DNA of 32,000 nt, taken from contig NJBF01000028.1 of NCBI GenBank assembly GCA_003144275.1, positions 30,001-62,000 on the forward strand, read 5' to 3'. The stretch's first letter is position 1; each line of letters begins with the position of its first letter. The notes beneath the pieces are model-generated. The model saw only the letters and a list, made by a program, of their open reading frames with translations, was not told the origin of the DNA and made no database searches. The position numbers were made by a program, and so were the translations under genes. Shown in pieces: positions 7,920 to 15,771 of this stretch. Source of the stretch: Candidatus Heimdallarchaeota archaeon B3_Heim (GTDB lineage: Archaea > Asgardarchaeota > Heimdallarchaeia > Hodarchaeales > Hodarchaeaceae).

Positions 7920-8462
7920 ATGTCTGCTGGTGAGACGTTTAAAGTTTTAATATGCGGAGATTATGCAGTAGGTAAAACTACGTTTGTGAAAACATTTCTA
8001 GATGAGGATAAAGCATTTCTAGAAGGGTATAAACCAACTATAGGCGTAGATATTGCTCGAAAGACTTTCACTCTTGACTCCACAGAAATTTGTTTTCAAA
8101 TCTGGGATTTATCAGGCCAACAATCGTTCAAAACAATACGTCCTCAATTCTACAATAGAAGTGATGGAGTAATACTAGTTTTTGATATTACACGAAGAGA
8201 TTCCTTTACTAATCTCTCTTCGTGGCTTGAAGAAATTCTTGATCAAACAGGAAGAATCCCTATTGTAGTGGTAGGAAATAAAATAGATCTAGTGAATAAG
8301 ATTGAGGATATTGTTCCCCAACAAGAAGCTAAGGAATATGTTGATCATGTATCCTCGTTAACGGGAATAAACGCTCCGTATATACAAGCTTCTGCAATTA
8401 ATAGACAATATAATTTCGATCCGTTCATTACTTTAGGGAAACTTCTTATCGAAAAACAATGA
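7920..8462 (+). CDS. Rab-like small GTPase (Ras superfamily)
   Basis: G1 GDYAVGKT, G2 PTIG, G3 WDLSGQ, G4 NKID, G5 ASA. Rab-family-like segments IGVDI, FQIW, SFKTI, FYNRS, LVFDIT. ATG 7920 preferred over TTG 7908. Confidence 0.93.
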   Translation: MSAGETFKVLICGDYAVGKTTFVKTFLDEDKAFLEGYKPTIGVDIARKTFTLDSTEICFQIWDLSGQQSFKTIRPQFYNRSDGVILVFDITRRDSFTNLSSWLEEILDQTGRIPIVVVGNKIDLVNKIEDIVPQQEAKEYVDHVSSLTGINAPYIQASAINRQYNFDPFITLGKLLIEKQ

Positions 8463-8466
8463 ACAC

Positions 8467-9396
8467 TTGCATCAGAAGGTGAAAGGATTTCAGATATTAG
8501 CCCTAACGGACATTCACGGGAATGTAAAGGCTACCAGAAGCCTAGTTAAGCATTTAAATAAACATTCCTATAACATTGACTTAATAACAATAGCTGGTGA
8601 TTTACCTGCGACAACGTCATTGCCTGTTATGGTCCACTATATGATAAAGCATCCACTTAATGCATTGTCCAAAAAAAACTATACTCGCTGGGTATACAAA
8701 GGTAAAGGGAGAAAATCTTTTGTCAGTAAGCAAATTTCCTCTATTAAAGAGATACTAAACCTCTTATCTTCTCTTAAGATTCCCATAATTTACATACCTG
8801 GTAATGTGGATAGTTATGAAGCTATAAAATTCATTCGAGATTGGAAGAAGACAAAAATCAATGTTCTCGACTCAAATTCTTACGAAGGGCATGGAATGAA
8901 AATTATCGGGACAGGTGGTGCAATTATTCCTCCCTATTACTCAGAACCAATATGTGATCATGAATATCTTGAAGTGGACTATGCAGAGAAGTGGGATCGC
9001 GTGATTGAGGGTACTTCTTTCTCTAGCAAGGAAAAAATGAAGAATGTTGATATTCTACTTACTCATGAACCTCCACAGTTTGAAGCCGAATTTGATGATA
9101 AGAATGTTGTAAAAGGAGGATCTCAAAGAGTTTCGGAAATCGTGAAACAGACTAACCCAAGATTAGTTATTTTTGGTCATTATCATGAATTCTCTCTGAC
9201 TAAAAACGTAAATGAAGTCACTTATGTCAACCCTGGCCCATTAGCATGCTATTATTTTGCATTAATTAATATTACACCTGAAAAAGTCGAGGTTTCACTT
9301 AATGAGTTACCGCCAGCGAAGTTAGATAGCATAAATAAGATATATTCAAAAAGAACAGCCAAAAACGTCTTTTATCGCTCTGTACGGTTTGTCTAG
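8467..9396 (+). CDS. Calcineurin-like metallophosphoesterase
   Basis: Motifs DIHG, GD, GNVD, THEPP, FGHYHE, NPG. Confidence 0.88.
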   Translation: MHQKVKGFQILALTDIHGNVKATRSLVKHLNKHSYNIDLITIAGDLPATTSLPVMVHYMIKHPLNALSKKNYTRWVYKGKGRKSFVSKQISSIKEILNLLSSLKIPIIYIPGNVDSYEAIKFIRDWKKTKINVLDSNSYEGHGMKIIGTGGAIIPPYYSEPICDHEYLEVDYAEKWDRVIEGTSFSSKEKMKNVDILLTHEPPQFEAEFDDKNVVKGGSQRVSEIVKQTNPRLVIFGHYHEFSLTKNVNEVTYVNPGPLACYYFALINITPEKVEVSLNELPPAKLDSINKIYSKRTAKNVFYRSVRFV

Positions 9397-9398
9397 TC

Positions 9399-10373
9399 AT
9401 GGCTACACTCCAAAATTCCATTCAAGACTTTTTCACAATGCTCATGGATGACTTAGGACTACTATTTTCAGATCCTATCTCATTTTTCGATACTTATTTC
9501 TTTTCAGCTCCTGGGTATAACCTCTATAATACCATTACGTACACCACAATTGGTATTTTAGCTATTCTAATTGTGGGAAAGATTATTATCAATCTCAATA
9601 AGTGGGGGGTTCGACGCTGGGGTGAAGATTCATTTACTCCAGTACAAATGGATAATGAATTTTTCATTGCCATACTCCCTTACATTTTCATTGGTTCTTC
9701 ATTACGAGCATTACAGGATGTAGCGACTGACGGGAAGATTCTATCACCCTATGAATTTTTTGCGGATAGAGTCTTTGTCACTCCTGGAGTATATATTGTG
9801 ACCATACTCCTAACCATAATACTAGGAATTGCGTCCATAATTATTTCCCAGGAATATTTACAAGATCGTAAGCATGTTTCAAATTGGAGATTTACTTTTG
9901 CAGCAATCGGAATTGTGTTAGAACTCGTTCTAATTTTACCGTTCATCCCTCTATTGGTCGAAGATCAATCAAACATGTTCGGGGGCTTTGCAATTGTTTT
10001 GACAACTGGACTTTTCGCTGTTCTCTTTCATTATTCTGCTGATTGGTTCTCGCAAAAATTTTTCTCTGATGTTCCTATTAGAAGAGAGGAGAAATTTGCT
10101 ATGATTACTCAAATGTTTGACGCTACGAATACAGTGATTGCGATTGAGTTCTTTATGTACGAAGAAAAACACTACCTTCCTGCGCTTCTATTCCAATCAC
10201 CAGTTGGATCTTGGTCCTTTTTATTCATAAAATTTGGGGTAGTTTTGTTCTTTCTTTGGGCATTACGTGGATTTGAAAACAGGAATTTAGAACGCTGGTT
10301 ATTATGGGTAGTATTCCTTCTCGGGTTGGCAACAGGTACCAGAGATTTTCTTAGACTGATAACAAATACATAA
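9399..10373 (+). CDS. DUF63-family archaeal membrane protein
   Basis: GYNLYNTITY, PYIFIGSSLRALQD, VTPGVY, QMFDATNT, YEEKH, LGLATGTRDFLR match my recollection of DUF63 motifs. About 8-9 TM segments. Confidence 0.8.
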   Translation: MATLQNSIQDFFTMLMDDLGLLFSDPISFFDTYFFSAPGYNLYNTITYTTIGILAILIVGKIIINLNKWGVRRWGEDSFTPVQMDNEFFIAILPYIFIGSSLRALQDVATDGKILSPYEFFADRVFVTPGVYIVTILLTIILGIASIIISQEYLQDRKHVSNWRFTFAAIGIVLELVLILPFIPLLVEDQSNMFGGFAIVLTTGLFAVLFHYSADWFSQKFFSDVPIRREEKFAMITQMFDATNTVIAIEFFMYEEKHYLPALLFQSPVGSWSFLFIKFGVVLFFLWALRGFENRNLERWLLWVVFLLGLATGTRDFLRLITNT

Positions 10374-10390
10374 TCGAATTTCAAATTATC

Positions 10391-11170
10391 CTAGATACGC
10401 ACTGTTGTCTCTAATCGGATTCCCTTTCGATCGACTGTCATTGGGACGGATATTGGAAGAAGAACTGATTTCCAAGCTTTTTGTACGGAAAAATTAATAG
10501 AAATCTTTCCAGCCCCGACGCGCCCAAAAGAAATATCAAAGACAAAATCAGCAATATGAGAGGCTAGTACCTCAATGTTTGGATCATGTAAATTCTTTAC
10601 CATTAGTATAAAATGCAGTCCTGATCCTAAATCTCGAACGACGTATTTTAGTGTTTCGATTGCAATTGAGACACTTTCAATAGAATTTGTACGAAGTAAT
10701 GAGGAGATAGAATGAATACAGGTACATACATCATTGTATTGCATTATTTCAGGTATAAACCTTCTAGTGAAGAAACGAAGGGAATCTTGGGCATATCTAT
10801 CCTCTAGATCAACCCCTGCGTCAGATTGGTATCCAATTACTGCGCCTTCTGCAGCTATTCTGGCCGAAAATGCGTCCATGAATTGCCATTTTTCCCCAGC
10901 AACAACGTACGGTTCAAGTTGAAAATTATAAATGCCTAACTCCTCCACAATCTCGTTTGGCCTTCCATCATAATTTAGATAAACAACCTTTTCAGTAGCT
11001 CCTGTTTTTAGCATACTAAACAGAATTTGTTGAGTAAAAACTTCAAATTTTGTGCCAGGTTCTCCCAGAACGAGAATAACACTCTTGTTTGGTATACCAG
11101 GGTCATCTTCACCACCGAGAAACAGATCTATCGATTGAACCCCAGTTCGAATAGTATTTTCTGATTTCAT
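10391..11170 (-). CDS. RAD55/KaiC-like RecA-superfamily ATPase homologue, degenerate active site
   Basis: IRTGVQSIDLFLGG...GIPNKSVILVLGEPG N-terminus, single RecA domain, C-terminal ADFVFDI and GIRLE. Walker A reads GEPGTKFE and Walker B reads CIHS. RBS GGTGAAG. Confidence 0.8.
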   Translation of the reverse strand: MKSENTIRTGVQSIDLFLGGEDDPGIPNKSVILVLGEPGTKFEVFTQQILFSMLKTGATEKVVYLNYDGRPNEIVEELGIYNFQLEPYVVAGEKWQFMDAFSARIAAEGAVIGYQSDAGVDLEDRYAQDSLRFFTRRFIPEIMQYNDVCTCIHSISSLLRTNSIESVSIAIETLKYVVRDLGSGLHFILMVKNLHDPNIEVLASHIADFVFDISFGRVGAGKISINFSVQKAWKSVLLPISVPMTVDRKGIRLETTVRI

Positions 11171-11195
11171 TTCTTCACCGAGAAACCCATAAACT

Positions 11196-11215
11196 AAAAA
11201 GATATATATCTTTTT
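11196..11215. promoter_or_regulatory. Perfect 20-bp palindrome AAAAAGATATATATCTTTTT (symmetric BRE/TATA-like element) between divergent genes
   Basis: Read directly from the sequence; lies 26-45 nt upstream of the ATG at 11170. Confidence 0.55.
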
Positions 11216-11335
11216 GGAAATGATTAAAGGTCGTTATTTCTCTAACTTTACTGAATTTCCAATGTGCTACCTCTCGCGTTCCAATATCGTATAAACTGAC
11301 AGAGATCTTGTGAAAAAGCTGAAAGAGTGATTAAA

Positions 11336-12109
11336 ATGCATGATGTAGACCCCCTTGCCTTACCTTTCGAATTTCAAGGTACTGATGAAAATAAAAACAT
11401 TAGTTGTCTATTATTACACTCTTTTACTGCCTCACCAAGTGAAGTTCGTCCATTAGGCCTGTATCTTCGAAATAAAGGTTTTTCTGGGATTGCTCCCTTG
11501 CTTCCTGGTCATGGAAGTGTACCAGAAGATCTTGGAAACACCACATGGTTAGATTGGTATGCTGTCGCCCGTGATTCCTTATACTACTTGAAGGATTTAT
11601 ATTCACATGTTTTTGTTATTGGAGTTGCCCTTGGATCTGTACTCGCTACAATTTTGGCTGCTTCTCATCTTAGTGTAAGGATTAATGGTCTAATTTTAAT
11701 TTCCCCAAGTCAGCATTCTCCCTCAACACTAGTGAAAAATATTCTTCCCTTTGTAAAATTCTTTAAGAAGGATTTTGCCATGGTTGAAGAGAATGTGAGT
11801 GACGATCTTCGTGACCAGGGGCAATTTTTCTATTCCAAACGTCCTACTACAGCTCTAATTGAATTATACAGAGTAATTGGTTTTACTAATCATCGATTAG
11901 AAAATATTTTTCAACCTACTCTTGTTGTTAATACCCAAACTGCTGAAGGATCAGTTGATTTCATTTTTGATAAACTTACCAACGCGAAAGAAAAGAGAAA
12001 GTACACGATGAACACTTCCTCTTTACGCTGGTACTTAAATTCCTCAGAAGGAAAACCTGCTTTTAATGAAATTGCAGATTTTATGAAAAATACCATTAAA
12101 ATAGGTTGA
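11336..12109 (+). CDS. Alpha/beta-hydrolase (carboxylesterase/monoglyceride-lipase-like) homologue lacking the catalytic Ser
   Basis: CLLLHSFTASPSEVR, APLLPGHG, WLDW are typical of Est30-like esterases. Nucleophile elbow is GVALG (11621-11635). ATG 11336 preferred over GTG 11327. Confidence 0.8.
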   Translation: MHDVDPLALPFEFQGTDENKNISCLLLHSFTASPSEVRPLGLYLRNKGFSGIAPLLPGHGSVPEDLGNTTWLDWYAVARDSLYYLKDLYSHVFVIGVALGSVLATILAASHLSVRINGLILISPSQHSPSTLVKNILPFVKFFKKDFAMVEENVSDDLRDQGQFFYSKRPTTALIELYRVIGFTNHRLENIFQPTLVVNTQTAEGSVDFIFDKLTNAKEKRKYTMNTSSLRWYLNSSEGKPAFNEIADFMKNTIKIG

Positions 12110-12141
12110 AAAACTACAAATCGAAGAAAGATCTGTCCAAA

Positions 12142-13776
12142 TTAGCGATATCGCTTCGGTAAAACACGATAGAATATGCTGGCAATAGGTAAGCTAATCT
12201 TTAGGAACAGGTTCCAAGATAGGATTGGAAAGAAGCGTGGAATCCGCGTACTTTCAAGTTTTCCGGGATTAAAAATCTTATACGGATCCATTTTCTTTTT
12301 TAGTCTTTTGATTTTCCGTACATTTTCACCATCTTCTTTTTTTGGATAGGGACTGAGCCATAACCCACCGTTATTGTATGTTGAACCATTAACAGTCCAA
12401 GCAATACGAATTACTTGAAAAGTTCTGAACCAATGGAACAAATAGGGTATAGAACCTAGAATTGGTAAAGAGCGTTTGCGTTGATCGGTGGGAAACCAAA
12501 CCATAACCATGGAATTACGATTATTTAGCGCTACTATTTCCACACTGTATTTTTCTTCCTGAAACCACTTACTTAAGTAGGCTAAAAAGCTTCTCAGAAC
12601 GTCAGATGGAACAATGACTTCGCTAACAATTAATGAAGGACCCCCTCTCTTTAATCGCAGAGTGTAGAATCGATCATCCCATAATTCTTGTGCAATATTA
12701 GTTGGCAAAATATCGTCTAATAATTCCGACCCTCTTTGAGAATCACTCCAATCTGTCTCTAAGAAGGTTGCTGAAATCATACCAGAATCAGCATTCTTTA
12801 TGATCGATCCTAATTCCTCATCATTTGTGATCCACTTGAGGCTAACTTGATCAATATATCGTAAATAGAAAGGATTCATGGTTTGGAGTAGGTTAAACTT
12901 TTCCAAACCAATTTCACGTGATTTTGGTTGGATAGCAATATGATGTACGGGTATTTTTGGACGAACCTTCAAAGTTGCTTTCCAAATTACTCCTATAGTT
13001 CCAAAATTTCCTATAAAATCTGAAGGGTTATCTAAAACGAAAACTTCCCCATTAGTCCCTATTATTGATACAGAATGAACACTTTGAGTAATATCCCCAA
13101 ATTTACTACTGCCAATCCCATATCCACCAGAGGCTATCCAGCCCCCAATAGATGATGAAGGAGCCGAGGAAGGATAAGTGTAGAGGTCATACCCGTTTTT
13201 CTCTAAGAATTCTCTTAATCGTCTCCAAGTTATACCTGTTTCAACTTCTACAGTGTTTGTTTCTGTATTCACAGATAAAATTTCCTTAATCTGAGTGAAA
13301 ATAAGTATAATTCCATTTTGGGTAGGTAAAGCTCCCCCATATCCACCTGTTCCTGCTCCTCGAGGTATTAAAGGAATAGCAAATTCTTCACACAACCTAA
13401 TGATTGCTTTTACTTCCTGATGATCTTTAGGTTGCACTACGGCCAAAACATCGAAATCGTATAATATCTTACCAAGTTTTGGAAGATCTGCTACATCTCG
13501 GGAATATAATAATCTTTCAAACTTCTTACGATAAACTCGTAATCCTTCAGATTGCAGGTGATCTAATCGTCTATGAATCAAAGTTCTTTCTGTTCTTAAC
13601 CGAGAGAAATAGATTATTATACCTGAACCACCTAGAACTGTTACCATAATTGTGATTACCCATAAAATATTTACAAAGGATGGATCTAGGTTAATTAGTC
13701 TAGTTATAAGAAACATACCAGCACAGATAAGCAAAACGGTAATTATCTGTGTAATAATCTTATCGTATGTGTGCAT
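12142..13776 (-). CDS. FAD-binding oxidoreductase (GlcD/VAO FAD_binding_4 family) with two N-terminal TM helices
   Basis: VVQP...PLIPRGAGTGGYGGALP, VEVETGITW, YPSSAPSSSIGGWIASGGYG, GNFGTIGVI, KKKMDPYKIFNPGK. Confidence 0.88.
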   Translation of the reverse strand: MHTYDKIITQIITVLLICAGMFLITRLINLDPSFVNILWVITIMVTVLGGSGIIIYFSRLRTERTLIHRRLDHLQSEGLRVYRKKFERLLYSRDVADLPKLGKILYDFDVLAVVQPKDHQEVKAIIRLCEEFAIPLIPRGAGTGGYGGALPTQNGIILIFTQIKEILSVNTETNTVEVETGITWRRLREFLEKNGYDLYTYPSSAPSSSIGGWIASGGYGIGSSKFGDITQSVHSVSIIGTNGEVFVLDNPSDFIGNFGTIGVIWKATLKVRPKIPVHHIAIQPKSREIGLEKFNLLQTMNPFYLRYIDQVSLKWITNDEELGSIIKNADSGMISATFLETDWSDSQRGSELLDDILPTNIAQELWDDRFYTLRLKRGGPSLIVSEVIVPSDVLRSFLAYLSKWFQEEKYSVEIVALNNRNSMVMVWFPTDQRKRSLPILGSIPYLFHWFRTFQVIRIAWTVNGSTYNNGGLWLSPYPKKEDGENVRKIKRLKKKMDPYKIFNPGKLESTRIPRFFPILSWNLFLKISLPIASIFYRVLPKRYR

Positions 13777-13947
13777 ACAACTCCAGCAGTTTTTTTTTAT
13801 GTTAGAAGTTTATTAAAAAGTTATTGTACAAAGAATTTTTGAGTAGATGAAGACAAAGTCTCTTCAATCGAATGGATGAAGGCACACCTCCTAATAGTTC
13901 CCTTATGTTTGAATTACTTGATTAATTGACTGGAGCGCTTATTAAAA

Positions 13948-14589
13948 GTGGCAAACAAAGAGATAAAATATATCTTATTTGATTTTGACGGAACTCTAAT
14001 TGATAGTATGCCTTTCTTGGAAAAAAATGCTGTAACATTGTTAATGCGACATTTCTCTTACTCAGAACAGGAAGCACAGACTAAATATCGAGAAACAACT
14101 GGTTTACCTTTTATTCAACAGATGGAGATCATTGCCCCAAACCATACTCAAAATTCTACAATTGTTGATGAATTTGAAAAAATGAAACTGGAGCTTATAT
14201 ATGAACAGCATCCATTCAACGATGCATTGGCAGTATTACAAAGGTTGAAGGAACAAGGTTACTTATTAGGTATATCTAGTGGCACGATTGAATCAATTAT
14301 CACTACTTACCTAAAAAAAATAGATTTTGATTTGGTAAATGATATTCTAGGGTTTAGACAAGGATTCGAGAAGGGTGCTGACCATTTCAATTATGTCATG
14401 AAGAATCATTCACTTTCCCAATCACAAATCTTATTTGTCGGTGATTCCTTACATGACGCGAAACGCGCAAAAGACAATCAAATTACATTTATTGGACGAA
14501 TTGGAATGTTTACAAAATCGCATTTTGAAAATGTAATTCCCAATTGTCCTATCATCCACAAATTAAATGAGATCTTCAATCGATTATAA
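13948..14589 (+). CDS. HAD-superfamily hydrolase (phosphatase)
   Basis: Motif I LFDFDGTLIDS, motif II ISSG, motif III/IV K...FVGDSLHD. Confidence 0.9.
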   Translation: MANKEIKYILFDFDGTLIDSMPFLEKNAVTLLMRHFSYSEQEAQTKYRETTGLPFIQQMEIIAPNHTQNSTIVDEFEKMKLELIYEQHPFNDALAVLQRLKEQGYLLGISSGTIESIITTYLKKIDFDLVNDILGFRQGFEKGADHFNYVMKNHSLSQSQILFVGDSLHDAKRAKDNQITFIGRIGMFTKSHFENVIPNCPIIHKLNEIFNRL

Positions 14590-14595
14590 GAAAAT

Positions 14596-15054
14596 GTGAT
14601 AATTATGGACCTAAGTGCGAAATATCTCTATGGATCGGGTTTTCTAATAGGAGTATGGTTTATTGTATCCATATTTTCGATTAATTCTTCGTTGTTATTT
14701 AGTGACATCACTTCATCATACTATTATTTATTTTTCACCGCAGGGCCTCTTCCCTTCATTCTGATTGGATTATCCATTTCCACCATGGGAATATATTTCT
14801 ATGTTCTTTTATTCACAAAAGAACGAATTAGAGGATTAAACTTAGAGTTTGAAGCATCTCCTGATCTGAAAACATTCCGTGTAGTTAAAGATCATTCGCC
14901 CAATCGACTTACGAAGAAAGAAATCCCAGACACCGCCTATTGTGGCGCATGTGGTCGTGAGGTTCACAAACCCTTTCGATGTGCAGCTTGTGGACAATTG
15001 TTGTGTGCTACACACATATTAGCAGGTGATCATCGTTGTAAGGAGGGAATTTAA
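14596..15054 (+). CDS. Two-TM membrane protein with C-terminal AN1-type zinc finger
   Basis: CGACGREVHKPFRCAACGQLLCATHILAGDHRC = C-x2-C-x9-C-x2-C-x4-C-x2-H-x5-H-x-C. Alternative start ATG 14605. Confidence 0.85.
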   Translation: MIIMDLSAKYLYGSGFLIGVWFIVSIFSINSSLLFSDITSSYYYLFFTAGPLPFILIGLSISTMGIYFYVLLFTKERIRGLNLEFEASPDLKTFRVVKDHSPNRLTKKEIPDTAYCGACGREVHKPFRCAACGQLLCATHILAGDHRCKEGI

Positions 15055-15726
15055 TTGGCAGAAGAACCCGAGTGGAAAAAAGGACTAGAAAAACGAAATT
15101 TATTAGATAAGTTGAACCTATCCGTGCAGGAACTCTCGGAGTTAGGTATAGGGTGGTTAATAATGGCGGCCATACTTATATATCTCAGAAGAGATAGGCT
15201 CTCAGGAAGTCTGTTTGAATTTGAAATTTTCTTACTAGTCTTACTGGTCAGCTTTTTCACGCACGAATTAATGCATAAATTTACTGCTATTCGATTTGGA
15301 GCTCGTGCATACTTCCGGATATCAAAAGAAGGATTAATAATAACACTTCTATCTGTTATTATTGGATTTCCTATGCTTGCGGTAGGTGCAGTATTTTGGT
15401 GGGGAGAAGCGGCATCCTCTGTTGGTATAAGAGGTCGTGTTTCGGCAGCGGGCCCAATATCGAATTTGATACTGATCGGATTTTCATATATGCTTGTCGG
15501 TATAGGTTTCGCCATTCTACCTTCTAACCTAGAATTAGCATCTATTGTTCTACAAGTGGGGATAACGGGTGTATCATTAAATATTTTCATCGGACTCTTC
15601 AATCTTTTACCACTTGGTGTATTTGATGGTGCTAAAGTACTAGATTGGGATGGAAGAATTTGGATTGCTCTTATTGGATTATTCTTATTCTTTGGTTTCA
15701 TTGGTGGTGGTTTTGGATTATTCTAA
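15055..15726 (+). CDS. Site-2 protease (M50) family intramembrane Zn metalloprotease
   Basis: HELMH, AGPISN, FNLLPLGVFDG. TTG start preceded by RBS AGGAGG (15041-15046). Confidence 0.88.
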   Translation: MAEEPEWKKGLEKRNLLDKLNLSVQELSELGIGWLIMAAILIYLRRDRLSGSLFEFEIFLLVLLVSFFTHELMHKFTAIRFGARAYFRISKEGLIITLLSVIIGFPMLAVGAVFWWGEAASSVGIRGRVSAAGPISNLILIGFSYMLVGIGFAILPSNLELASIVLQVGITGVSLNIFIGLFNLLPLGVFDGAKVLDWDGRIWIALIGLFLFFGFIGGGFGLF

Positions 15727-15771
15727 CTTTTCACTGCCTTCAATTTGGTCCTCAACTAGAATCTGACAAAA

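Noticed and set aside
8467-9396. GNVD instead of GNHD in the metallophosphoesterase as a fifth pseudoenzyme
   Set aside because: The metal-ligand residues (DxH, GD, GN, H, GHxH) are all present, and variation at this position occurs in active family members.
15051-15701. 216-aa minus-strand ORF
   Set aside because: Fully antisense to the motif-bearing M50 protease; a typical shadow of a hydrophobic gene.
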